Source: a virus (lineage: Duplodnaviria > Caudoviricetes). From it: a stretch of 64,000 nucleotides of DNA. Position numbers and translations under genes: made by a program. The notes beneath the pieces are model-generated. The model saw only the letters and a program-made list of their open reading frames with translations. It ran no database searches and had not been told where the DNA came from. The stretch's first letter is position 1; each line of letters starts with the position of its first letter. Below, one piece after another: positions 40,709 to 49,647 of the stretch. Location: positions 1-64,000 of IMG/VR virus record IMGVR_UViG_3300003962_000026; one strand, 5' to 3'.

Positions 40709-40935
40709 GCACTTTTAGGCTCATTTTCACCCCTAAAGCTTAAATCTATCTTATTATCTATAATCAGGTCTTTAAACTCATTTAAATCAATTTCTACCAT
40801 ATAGGTAGGATTATAGTCAGGGGCTTTATCAGTGAATCCCCAACCTTGTTGTAAATACCAATTATTATCTTTGATGAGAAAATAGCATAATGTATCTAAT
40901 TTCCCTTTCTTTTCTTTTTTGAAGTATTTTATCAT
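40705..40935 (-). CDS. Hypothetical protein (76 aa)
   Basis: Convergent ORF whose stop overlaps the cargo gene stop; aromatic-rich globular composition. Confidence 0.55.
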   Translation of the reverse strand: MIKYFKKEKKGKLDTLCYFLIKDNNWYLQQGWGFTDKAPDYNPTYMVEIDLNEFKDLIIDNKIDLSFRGENEPKSA

Positions 40936-41047
40936 GAAGTAAAGATAAGTATTTATACTCCTTTAAAGAGTTAAAATTTGTTAATGAATTTTAAATTGTC
41001 CAAACTTTTCATCTTATTTGCATTATTAACTAAATAAAAAGTATAAA

Positions 41048-41317
41048 ATGGAAGCAAACAAACCAGAAGCAAACAAACCAGAAGCAATTAAGCAAACAAT
41101 TGGAAATTACCGCGTAGGTATTAATTTTAACCCATCAGGAGATGATAAAGTAGGAACAATAAAATATAAATCAGCAGAAATCATTGATTTTCTTTCTGAA
41201 CTTATGAAAGAAGCTACAGATGGCGAAGTAAAACGTTGTTATGCCGAAGCAATGACTACTTATGAAAATGCAGCAATGTGGGCCGTAAAAGCAATTACTA
41301 AACAAAATTATAACTAA
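41048..41317 (+). CDS. Acb2/Tad1-hairpin-like protein (candidate immune-signal sponge)
   Basis: YRVGINFNPS...IKYKSAEIID...RCYAEAMTTYENAAMWAVKAIT helical hairpin with the A.T..E.A.MW motif. Confidence 0.55.
   Translation: MEANKPEANKPEAIKQTIGNYRVGINFNPSGDDKVGTIKYKSAEIIDFLSELMKEATDGEVKRCYAEAMTTYENAAMWAVKAITKQNYN
41051..41087 (+). repeat. 15-bp tandem repeat (EANKP x2.5)
   Basis: GAAGCAAACAAACCA GAAGCAAACAAACCA GAAGCAA. Confidence 0.8.
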
Positions 41318-41319
41318 TT

Positions 41320-41682
41320 ATGACAGAAGAAAAAACAACAACAGCAGCAGAACAACCAGATATCCTGGGATTTGTAGGACATCCTAAGTATTTCCATCAA
41401 ATATCCCATGAACAATTAAATCTTATAAAAAAGGCTTTGGAGCCCTTTGCCTACGTAAATGCCATTATAACTAATTTAGAACAAATAGCTCAGTCTAATG
41501 GAGGTCTTCTTCCATTTACAAAGGAAGATTGTGAATATAGGGATGAAAAACAACCAGATGGTTCAACTATATCTAAACCCTATAAAGTAAAGAATGATTT
41601 CTGGGATAAGCATAAACCTAAAGAAGAAACATCAAAATCTCTAATTCTAAACAAAGAAGGTAAACCTGTAACAACTAATTAA
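41320..41682 (+). CDS. Hypothetical protein (120 aa)
   Basis: Co-oriented, 2-nt spacing. Confidence 0.6.
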   Translation: MTEEKTTTAAEQPDILGFVGHPKYFHQISHEQLNLIKKALEPFAYVNAIITNLEQIAQSNGGLLPFTKEDCEYRDEKQPDGSTISKPYKVKNDFWDKHKPKEETSKSLILNKEGKPVTTN

Positions 41683-41684
41683 AT

Positions 41685-41981
41685 ATGGAAGAAAAAGAAA
41701 AAGAAAAAGAAGATTATAAAATAAGTGTAGAAGATACTGCAAAAATATCTAAATTAGATGAAGCAAATTCTATTTCTTGGAATCAAAAACCATATTATGC
41801 TGGAAAGCTGTCAGGATTTAAAGATGCTAATGAAAAAGCAATGTATGATAAAATGCTAAAGAATCATCTGAAAGGTAATTCACAGTTCCTGCATGGGTAT
41901 AAGTTTGTAAATGAAGGAGATAAAGGTAAATGGGTAGAAAATTGGGTTCAGGTTCTTAGGTCAGAAACACAAGTACTATAA
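41685..41981 (+). CDS. Hypothetical protein (98 aa)
   Basis: Co-oriented, 2-nt spacing, followed by terminator. Confidence 0.6.
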   Translation: MEEKEKEKEDYKISVEDTAKISKLDEANSISWNQKPYYAGKLSGFKDANEKAMYDKMLKNHLKGNSQFLHGYKFVNEGDKGKWVENWVQVLRSETQVL

Positions 41982-42010
41982 GATAGTATCTTCGACAAGG
42001 GATGTAAATT

Positions 42011-42045
42011 GGGACAGACTTAAAAATCTGTCCCTTTTTATTTTT
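42011..42045 (+). terminator. Intrinsic terminator at the convergence of the two gene blocks
   Basis: GGGACAGA / TCTGTCCC stem then TTTTTATTTTT. Confidence 0.75.
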
Positions 42046-43324
42046 AGTCTTCTATAACAACCTCAGGAATAGGTATTATGTACTTACCTTTATAAACATC
42101 CTTTAACTTATTCTTAATCTCATTTTTAAAGTTCCAAGCTAATATTAACAAGTAATCAGGAGGATTATTTATTAACTCCTGCATTGGAACTATAGGTATA
42201 CCTGTACCAGGACTAAATTTACCTTGTTTTTCAGGAGTATCATCTACTATATAATCTATCATAGTATGGTCTAATTCAGCTACATTTAACAGCGTATTGC
42301 CTTTTGCAGAAGCACCAAAAGCAGCTACTTTCTTACTTATATTCTTGAAAAACTGGACTGAACCCTTAAGATGAAGAAAGTTCATAATAACCCTCTTATT
42401 CCAATCTGTATACTTTTCTATACTATTATACCCTTCTTTTTCTTCTTTATCCAAGTATTGTTGTACAGAGCTTTCTACTTCCCTATTGCTATAATCATGA
42501 GTTATAGTTACCCTAACAGTGCCACAATGAATATCAAAATGCTCTACAGATATTATCTTTAGCCCTGTTTCATCACATAGCTTCTTTAGAGGTGTAATAC
42601 CTAAATAAGCACTATGCTCGTGATAAATTGTAGGATATTCCAATCCTTCCATGTGGTCAATAAGATATGGGAATTCTAAAATAATAACTCCATTATATCC
42701 TAATACCAGCTTACAAGCTAGCAAGAAATCTCTAGGGTTCTCTATGTGAGCGAATACGTTTGTACCAGTAATTACTTGGGCTTTACCATAAGTTATTAAA
42801 GCTTGCATCGCTGTATTAATACTTAATGGTTCATCGTATACAGGAATTCCCTTTTCTCTACATATAGCACAGAGGTTTTTGGATGGGTCTATACCCAATA
42901 CTCTTATTCCAGGTATTTGCCTCTTAACCTCCTCTAATAATGTACAATCATTTGACCCAATATCTATCATAAAATCACCAGAGCTACCAGTAACTAATTG
43001 ATATTTCTCTCCAAATCCAGAAATCATTTCTTTACAATGATTCAAATACCCCTGAGATATGCCGGATTTATATACATAATGACTAAAAAGAATTCTATAA
43101 TCAACCACTTCTGATAGTTGATTTAAACTACAATCGTGGCAGAATAATACCTTAAGAGGATATCTGTCCATACTCAGAGCCTCTTCTTTACTACTAGCTA
43201 AATTGTTAGCTAAAGGTAAATCTCCAAGATTAATATATTCCTCTAGATGATTTTTACCACATATCCTACATTTGGTAACTGTTTTTGACTTTTGTGTAAT
43301 TTGGTCTGTTTTGTTATTTCCCAT
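42044..43324 (-). CDS. SAM-dependent NDP-sugar C-methyltransferase (TcaB9/EryBIII-like architecture)
   Basis: CRICG..LGDLPLAN...FCHDC Zn site, DIGSND, NVFAH, YHEH, FGASAKGNTLLN, DDTPEKQGKF.PGT.IPI. Confidence 0.85.
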   Translation of the reverse strand: MGNNKTDQITQKSKTVTKCRICGKNHLEEYINLGDLPLANNLASSKEEALSMDRYPLKVLFCHDCSLNQLSEVVDYRILFSHYVYKSGISQGYLNHCKEMISGFGEKYQLVTGSSGDFMIDIGSNDCTLLEEVKRQIPGIRVLGIDPSKNLCAICREKGIPVYDEPLSINTAMQALITYGKAQVITGTNVFAHIENPRDFLLACKLVLGYNGVIILEFPYLIDHMEGLEYPTIYHEHSAYLGITPLKKLCDETGLKIISVEHFDIHCGTVRVTITHDYSNREVESSVQQYLDKEEKEGYNSIEKYTDWNKRVIMNFLHLKGSVQFFKNISKKVAAFGASAKGNTLLNVAELDHTMIDYIVDDTPEKQGKFSPGTGIPIVPMQELINNPPDYLLILAWNFKNEIKNKLKDVYKGKYIIPIPEVVIED

Positions 43325-43913
43325 TTTCTTGATTTGATTTTAAATATTCTATCATTGATTCTAAAGTTTTAATACTATCCTTTACCATCCCTAAAGCTCG
43401 ATTACAATTATCACAAAGTAAACCTCTAACTTTATTAGTTTCATGATTATGGTCTATGTGTAAAATTCTATCTCTGTTATCAATTCCCGGAAGACCGCAA
43501 CATTTACACATTCCATCCTGCTCTATCAGCATATTTTCATAATCTTCCATTGTAATTCCATATTCTCTTTTAAGATAATTTTTTCTATATTTAGCCTTAT
43601 TCTCTAAGAGATAACCCTTTCTCCAATCTTTAATTTTATCCCTATTTTCTATACTATAGAGTTTAGCCCTGGCTGCTATCTTTTCCTTATTCTTGGCTTC
43701 GTACCCTTTCCTTTGAGCTTTTATTTTTTCTTTATTCTTCTTATAATATTCTCTTGAATAAGCATTGCGGGACTCCTTGTTTTCTTCATAACTCTTTTTG
43801 TTCAAAGCTTTTACTTTTTCAGGATGTCTTTGGTAATATAGTCTAGAATCTCTTCTACTTCTTTCCTTATCCCTTTCTTTTCTTTCCTCTTCTGTTAATT
43901 TACTTCTTGGCAT
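43314..43913 (-). CDS. Endonuclease VII-family (His-Cys/HNH) free-standing endonuclease
   Basis: YGIT..DY..ML..QDG.CKCC...HIDHNH....RGLLCDNCNRALG. Confidence 0.85.
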   Translation of the reverse strand: MPRSKLTEEERKERDKERSRRDSRLYYQRHPEKVKALNKKSYEENKESRNAYSREYYKKNKEKIKAQRKGYEAKNKEKIAARAKLYSIENRDKIKDWRKGYLLENKAKYRKNYLKREYGITMEDYENMLIEQDGMCKCCGLPGIDNRDRILHIDHNHETNKVRGLLCDNCNRALGMVKDSIKTLESMIEYLKSNQENGK

Positions 43914-43920
43914 TCTATTA

Positions 43921-44058
43921 TTAAATTTTATTTTTATTGATTAGAATCTCTACAGTACCACCTACTTTCTTACCTTCTAGTTCAAATTGAGTAGTCCAAC
44001 CACCTATTACATCAAACATTGAAGCTTTACTTGCTTCTTTACCTACTTTTATATTCAT
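43921..44058 (-). CDS. Small ORF (45 aa, not in ORF track)
   Basis: MNIKVGKEASKASMFDVIGGWTTQFELEGKKVGGTVEILINKNKI; fills the gap between GT2 and endonuclease genes. Confidence 0.45.
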   Translation of the reverse strand: MNIKVGKEASKASMFDVIGGWTTQFELEGKKVGGTVEILINKNKI

Positions 44059-44067
44059 ATTTAACTT

Positions 44068-45339
44068 TTACACATGTACAAAGTGACATCCTTTTACCTC
44101 CTTAAATGATTTAGCTCCAAATCTATCTATTATACTTTTGAAAAATGTCCAGTCGCTGGAATGGGACATGTCATTCCATCCTATTTCACAGGCTATATCC
44201 TTCTTAAGAACTACTCCACCACAATCTACAAATCCTAGCTGCAATTTAGTATTCATTATCCCAAATCTATAAGTCCCATCTGGTTGATTAGACATATAAC
44301 CATGTACAAACTGGGAAAAATAAGTAGCAATAGCACTTGGGTTTAATTTAAAGACCTTCAAAGCTTCCTCTAGGGCAATAGGACTGTAGAAATTATCATC
44401 GTTGCTAATTACTATATAATCAGTATTTTGAGCAATCCTACCTTCTTTAATCTCGTTTAAGTAGAATTTTCTTAGAGGGTGGCCATAATTACCTAATCTT
44501 ACAGGATGCTCTATATAAGTTATCCTTTCATCATCTATGGCATTTATTACTCTCCGTAGATTAGTAGTATTTATACCATCATGACATAAGATTAATTCCC
44601 AGTTTTCATGGGTTTGATTAATTAAAGAGCTTATAATTTGAGGATATCTGTTATATATAGGGCATATGAATGTAACTTTATCTATACCTTTAGTAAGGAA
44701 TCCAAACTTTTCATTAAATTCATTCCATCTGTTTAAATGTAATCTATTTCCTAAATCCCATATAGGAGATGTTCTTAAATCACATATTTGGACAGCTTCC
44801 AAACCCATTGCTTTAATTTGATTTAATAGAGTGTCCTTACCCCTATGCTCAAATAGGTAGCAGTCTTGCTTAGTTAACATGGGATTCCTGGGAAATATTA
44901 ATCTTCTACTTACATCCTTGGTTATACAGAAACCTGTAGTTCTTATATGTAATTTTACCTCTTTTGATATTTCCATACAAGTACACCCTACTCCCGCACT
45001 GAATTTATCCAGAAACTTCTGTATAAAATCCTTATCCATAGGTATGGAATCGTCAGCACACCAAATAAGTTTATCCCAACTATTATTAAAACCTGATAAT
45101 CTTTCCCTGCAAATATCCTGTAATGCACCTATATCCAAACCCCTATTAATCCTTGGTATATATTTTACCCCATACTTATTACATAGAGCTCTGAAAGGAG
45201 CACAATCACCTATTTTATCATAGTTATGAATTATTACCAGTTCACCACTCTTTTGACATTTATCCCAACACTTTAACCAACGCTCAATGTTTAGCAACCT
45301 ATTATATACGCAGACAGCTACAATTACTTTCTCATTCAT
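44068..45339 (-). CDS. Tandem two-domain GT-A (GT2-like) glycosyltransferase
   Basis: VAVCVYNR...WCADD and FICPIYNR...WELILCHDG...VISNDDN. Confidence 0.8.
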   Translation of the reverse strand: MNEKVIVAVCVYNRLLNIERWLKCWDKCQKSGELVIIHNYDKIGDCAPFRALCNKYGVKYIPRINRGLDIGALQDICRERLSGFNNSWDKLIWCADDSIPMDKDFIQKFLDKFSAGVGCTCMEISKEVKLHIRTTGFCITKDVSRRLIFPRNPMLTKQDCYLFEHRGKDTLLNQIKAMGLEAVQICDLRTSPIWDLGNRLHLNRWNEFNEKFGFLTKGIDKVTFICPIYNRYPQIISSLINQTHENWELILCHDGINTTNLRRVINAIDDERITYIEHPVRLGNYGHPLRKFYLNEIKEGRIAQNTDYIVISNDDNFYSPIALEEALKVFKLNPSAIATYFSQFVHGYMSNQPDGTYRFGIMNTKLQLGFVDCGGVVLKKDIACEIGWNDMSHSSDWTFFKSIIDRFGAKSFKEVKGCHFVHV

Positions 45340-45341
45340 AT

Positions 45342-45983
45342 CTAAACTACTCCCTCCATAACAGCTTTCTTTATGTCTTTATTTCTCTTTTCATCTGTTT
45401 TATTATATTCTTCAGACCAAAGAACTTCAACTAAAGACCTTAAATTTTCAATTCTTTCTTCGTAGTAACTATCATCCCTGTTTTGCTTACCGAGTTTTTC
45501 ACCTATCTCTTTAAGATTACCTTCTTTCAGAAAGTACTTTATCCATTTATAGTAATCTCCTACCTTATCAGCTACACAAAGACCTCTTAATTCCTTTTCT
45601 ACATAAATCCTACTACCAATTACCACTACATCTTTACAACTGGCTTCAGCTATCTTTAGGCTACTTTTAACCCAATTCTGGCTATTATCTTCCAAAGGAG
45701 CTAATAATATAGAAATGTCATCATATATCTCCATATAATCATGAACCCCCTTAGCAGGAATTGTAACTACTTCCATATCTCTGTGAGAATCGGTAAACAT
45801 TTTAAGAATTTGTTCCCAATTTTTATCTCCTTTAACATATCCTCCTACTACAAATCTACACTTCTGTCTTATCTCTTGGTCACAAGCCATTTTCTTAATA
45901 ACTCCTTTTAAAGTTAAAAGGTCTGGTAAATGTGAAATGGAATGACATATTCCAATACTAATTTTTTCTGAATATTCTATCAT
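45342..45983 (-). CDS. GT-B glycosyltransferase, C-terminal Rossmann half
   Basis: IGICHSISHLPDL...LLAPLEDNSQNWVKSSLKIAEA, a GT4-like donor-binding motif. Confidence 0.75.
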   Translation of the reverse strand: MIEYSEKISIGICHSISHLPDLLTLKGVIKKMACDQEIRQKCRFVVGGYVKGDKNWEQILKMFTDSHRDMEVVTIPAKGVHDYMEIYDDISILLAPLEDNSQNWVKSSLKIAEASCKDVVVIGSRIYVEKELRGLCVADKVGDYYKWIKYFLKEGNLKEIGEKLGKQNRDDSYYEERIENLRSLVEVLWSEEYNKTDEKRNKDIKKAVMEGVV

Positions 45984-46857
45984 AATAAAGTTTGTTGTAA
46001 TGTTTTGTACATAATCCTAATCCTCTATGCGGTTCTCCACAAATATAACACTTTTTATCTTTAAAATCTTTAACTTTGTCAAATTTCTCCTTCTTTCTTT
46101 TCAAGTAAATCGTTGCATCCTTGTATAAATATTCTCTGATTTTCTTTAGTTGAGAATTTCCTCCGTAACTTAACATTAATATATTTGGCTTTTGACAAGC
46201 CTGTTTATACATCTTTGTTCTATCTAAACCACACTCCTTCATTAGTATTTCTTGTATTTTCTCCATTAAAGTAACGTTTCCCATAAAAGCAATTCTGTAT
46301 CTCTCAGAGTTTTTACCCATGTTTTTAAATATACTACCATCTCCATCAAATACTCCCCTTATGAAATGTGACCAATACTGCTCTTCAATAGGAGGAAAGT
46401 AAGTATAATGACTTTTAGCAGGAATTACTCCTAATTTACCTAAATCATAAACCAACTTTTTTGAAGTAAGACTTAGTCTATATAGTAGTTTATGATGAGG
46501 TTTTGCACTAGATTTTCTTATTATTTTTAAAGTACTAGTTGATTTGGTGTATTTTAAAAACATTTCTAAAATATAACAATCTTCTTCTTGTAAAGCTATA
46601 CGTAAAGAGCTATTGTAAACATTACCATCTGCAACTATAAGACCTAAAAAATAAGCTTTAGCTTCGGAGTCAATAACCTCGAAAAAATCTTGATTAAAGA
46701 AGTCTAATCTTCTTTTAGGGCATCTGAAGGTTATATTATACTTTTTTAACAAATTTAAGACAGTTTGGCTGCAAACTGAAAATTTTTCAGCACATTTTAT
46801 AGAACTATTTCCTAAAATGTAATAATTTATAATTTCTTGCTCCTTTTCTTTTGTCAT
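45958..46857 (-). mobile_element. LAGLIDADG homing endonuclease inserted inside the GT-B gene
   Basis: YFLGLIVADG and FIRGVFDGDG motifs, N-terminal HTH, C-terminal CxxC..GLC..HY. Confidence 0.88.
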
Positions 46858-46858
46858 A

Positions 46859-47368
46859 TTACTTCTTCACAAATTGACCTTGTCCATATGGTAAAAAATT
46901 ATAACTTATTTGTACGAATGGATTTAATTTAAGAAACTCAGATGCAAGATGGGGAGAACTCGTTACAACTGCATCTGCACAGCTAACACTTTTAATCATC
47001 CAATCTCTTATATAGCTCCTTATTCCTGGTTGATTTTTGTAAGTGGGGTTATTGGGAGCAGGTATTCCATCATCGAAATCTTGTATCCATTTACAATTGT
47101 ACTTTTCCTTCCAATTTGTTAAATCAGAGACATAATTATGTAATATCCAAGTAGTATAGATAATATCATATTTTTTGAAATGTTCTTCAGTTAATACGTA
47201 ATTACCCTTTTCGCAAGTCTCAAACTCTACTTCTAATTCATGGGAAACTTCATCTATCATTACTATTTTTCCATTTAGATGGCTTAACGGAAGCTCAACA
47301 CGATGATACCTCGTTCCTGACCCCTCTTGAATTAAACCTAAAATCCTTATTTTACCTGTTTCTTTCAT
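46859..47368 (-). CDS. GT-B glycosyltransferase, N-terminal half
   Basis: SGTRYHRVELPL, QDFDD, ADAVVTSSPHLA...YNFLP; likely start ATG 47368 (TAATG coupling). Confidence 0.75.
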   Translation of the reverse strand: MKETGKIRILGLIQEGSGTRYHRVELPLSHLNGKIVMIDEVSHELEVEFETCEKGNYVLTEEHFKKYDIIYTTWILHNYVSDLTNWKEKYNCKWIQDFDDGIPAPNNPTYKNQPGIRSYIRDWMIKSVSCADAVVTSSPHLASEFLKLNPFVQISYNFLPYGQGQFVKK

Positions 47369-47841
47369 TATTTCCAATTATTTATACAATTATAGATATA
47401 TTCCTCACTTAAATCATCTTTGATTACTACACTACTACCAAAACCATCCTGGTCATTGAATCTTAAAGTATATTTTCCCTTTTCCTAATCAAGATATATT
47501 GTTTCACTTTGGTCAGCATTATCCAACATATCCTTTATTCTCCATGACTTATAAGCTTCATCTAAATTCCTTGTAAATGGTCTTCCAAACTCTTTTTCTA
47601 ACCACTCATGCAGTTTTACTACGTTCTCTCCCCACTTTTCCAAGAATCTAGCCTTCTTTCTTTCTCCCTCCTCTCTCAATCCTTTCTGGAGCCTTTCATA
47701 GGTTTCTAGCTGCTCTGGAGTTAATTCTATACCCATAACTTCCATTAATCCTAGATATGATAACTGCCCCATTTGAATAGTAAATTCATTTCCTTCTTTT
47801 ATCTGTTGGTATACTCCTCCTTTTATTTCTTTTTTACTCAT
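47368..47841 (-). CDS. Hypothetical protein (118 aa to TAG at 47485; 157 aa if TAG read through)
   Basis: Frame stays open after the TAG until the TAA overlapping the next ATG. Confidence 0.55.
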
Positions 47842-48053
47842 ATTTTCTCTATTTTGTTTCCATCTTTATCTAATTCGTAAGGAGGAGTAAATTCAAAAGT
47901 AAAAAATTTCTCAATAGTAGTATTTGCATAACCATAAGGACTATCAGTACAAACTTTACCATTTTCATAAGTGTATTCTATAAATCCTTCCTTATTAGCT
48001 CTTATAAACTTTAAAGTAGAATTTTCCTTAAATATTTTCCTAATCTCTTCCAT
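47838..48053 (-). CDS. Hypothetical protein (71 aa)
   Basis: ATGA coupling. Confidence 0.55.
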   Translation of the reverse strand: MEEIRKIFKENSTLKFIRANKEGFIEYTYENGKVCTDSPYGYANTTIEKFFTFEFTPPYELDKDGNKIEKI

Positions 48054-48055
48054 TC

Positions 48056-48277
48056 CTAATCCATTGTGTGAACTGAATCCATATCTGATTTCTTATCTTC
48101 TCTTATACTTATTGTAAATTCTGGATAAGTAGGACTAAATGGCCCAGTAAGAAAGATACCTTCTCCATCACCTATCATTACAGCAGGTCTGAAACCATAT
48201 TTTCTAAAACTCTCATCATTAATCTTATCTACAATTCTTTGAACTTTCTCTTTATTTCCCATATTTTTCTCTTGCAT
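48056..48277 (-). CDS. Hypothetical protein (73 aa)
   Basis: Tightly packed operon ORF. Confidence 0.5.
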   Translation of the reverse strand: MQEKNMGNKEKVQRIVDKINDESFRKYGFRPAVMIGDGEGIFLTGPFSPTYPEFTISIREDKKSDMDSVHTMD

Positions 48278-48770
48278 TAACTATTGCCTCTTTATGATTT
48301 TTCTTAGGATGCCCCGACTCTTTTTCTGAATGACAGCCAAGACAGCACAAATATAGGTTATTTTCTTCAAATGCAAGTTCTGGATGCTTTGATTTTAAAA
48401 TTAAATGGTCTACCCAAGCTGTGCTAAACTCTCCATATAACCTACTTCCACAAGCCCAACAGTTCTTATTTTCCTGCTTTAAGTACCAATTATACATAAA
48501 TTCATGTAATTCCTTGGTTTTTATGCTCTTCTCAGCATTTTTAAGCTTCTGTTTTTCCGAAATCTTATTTATAGCCTTTTTAGAGCGTTTTAAGACACTT
48601 TTACCCTTTTTAAGGCTACCACCCTTTTTTTTCATTTTAGCGCCTAAAACAGGCTTAAAACCACTAGATTTTAAAGATTTAGGGGGAAATACCATTCTAT
48701 AGTGCATAGAACAGTATTCCTTACCCCAGATTTTACCATTACATCCCTCAAATTTACACTTTTTTAACAT
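48252..48770 (-). CDS. HNH/NinG-like endonuclease with N-terminal Zn finger
   Basis: CWACG...VDHLILKSKHPELAF..NNL..CCLGCH; N-terminal CKFEGC..KIWGKEYCSMHY; start placed at ATG 48770. Confidence 0.7.
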   Translation of the reverse strand: MLKKCKFEGCNGKIWGKEYCSMHYRMVFPPKSLKSSGFKPVLGAKMKKKGGSLKKGKSVLKRSKKAINKISEKQKLKNAEKSIKTKELHEFMYNWYLKQENKNCWACGSRLYGEFSTAWVDHLILKSKHPELAFEENNLYLCCLGCHSEKESGHPKKNHKEAIVNAREKYGK

Positions 48771-49029
48771 ATTCTTCAGTCCCAAGATTCCAACATATAC
48801 AACTAATTTCATACCCACTATTCATAGTTTCTCTTTGTATCTGGTTAAAGGTATTAGTTAAATCATCACTATTCTGTAAAGTTACATTACAGTTCACACA
48901 ATAATGACTACTTGAATTCTTACCTATACCCCTACTAGCTAAGTTTGAACATAAGGTCTTTAACTTTGAAAGTTCTTCATTCTTGTTAATATACAGTAAT
49001 ATCCTGGGTAATTGTCCTTTAGGTTTCAT
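48754..49029 (-). CDS. Hypothetical protein (91 aa)
   Basis: TAATG coupling to upstream gene. Confidence 0.5.
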   Translation of the reverse strand: MKPKGQLPRILLYINKNEELSKLKTLCSNLASRGIGKNSSSHYCVNCNVTLQNSDDLTNTFNQIQRETMNSGYEISCICWNLGTEEYVKKV

Positions 49030-49412
49030 TATTTCAATATTTTACTTAAATCAGCAGGAGAATAATTATCCCCTTTTAATAGTTTACCATCCCCCCTGTA
49101 CTGAGGTTTCCCATCCTTACCTAATTTGCTTAGATTGCTCCTTTGGACTTCATCAAAACATTCTTCTATTTTATCCTGTAGACCAAATGCTAAAATAGTT
49201 CCATAAGTAACATATAGTAAATCACATAGCTCCTTAGCTACTTTTTCTATACTATCACAATCTAAAATCTCTTCAGCTACTTCTTTATATTCTTCAAATA
49301 TAAGCTTTTCTCTTAGAGAAATAACACTTTCTTCAGGAATACTGACCTTATCTGCATAATATATATTAAACTTCTTGTGAAATTCCTTAACTTGGTTTAT
49401 CTGTTTCAACAT
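49029..49412 (-). CDS. MazG-like / PRA-PH-like nucleotide pyrophosphohydrolase
   Basis: LIFEEYKE...KELCDLLYVTYG...EVQRSNLSKL..DGK...R.DGKLLKG.NY. Confidence 0.85.
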   Translation of the reverse strand: MLKQINQVKEFHKKFNIYYADKVSIPEESVISLREKLIFEEYKEVAEEILDCDSIEKVAKELCDLLYVTYGTILAFGLQDKIEECFDEVQRSNLSKLGKDGKPQYRGDGKLLKGDNYSPADLSKILK

Positions 49413-49647
49413 TATAATTATCCTTTGTAATTGTTAAATAATCAGCTTGTCCACCCATTCTATCTCCATAAATTATTTGAAATTCTGAATTACAAGCAGT
49501 GCATAATCTATCAGTACCCCAACTAGCGTAATCCTGTTTGTCTATCTTTTTATTGTATTGATAAGAAGCTCCGCAAATAGGACAATCATATTCGTGATAA
49601 AATATCATTTCCTGATACTGTATCTCCTCTCCCGTTCTATTTTTCAT
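49387..49647 (-). CDS. Zn-ribbon protein (86 aa)
   Basis: CPIC...CTAC. Confidence 0.55.
   Translation of the reverse strand: MKNRTGEEIQYQEMIFYHEYDCPICGASYQYNKKIDKQDYASWGTDRLCTACNSEFQIIYGDRMGGQADYLTITKDNYNVETDKPS

Noticed and set aside
40975-41025. Promoter for the 41048 cassette and a shared TTTGTTAA late-promoter motif (also at 2611)
   Set aside because: Spacing does not fit the Bacteroidota consensus, and the 8-mer also occurs in unrelated positions, so it cannot be supported
41051-41087. Tandem repeat as CRISPR-like or contingency locus
   Set aside because: Only 2.5 in-frame copies of 15 bp with no spacers; a simple slippage duplication
45958-46857. Group I intron or intein explanation for the LAGLIDADG insertion
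   Set aside because: The HEG ORF fills the whole interval (1 nt gap at one end, overlap at the other), leaving no room for intron core helices; it is out of frame with both halves and lacks intein terminal residues
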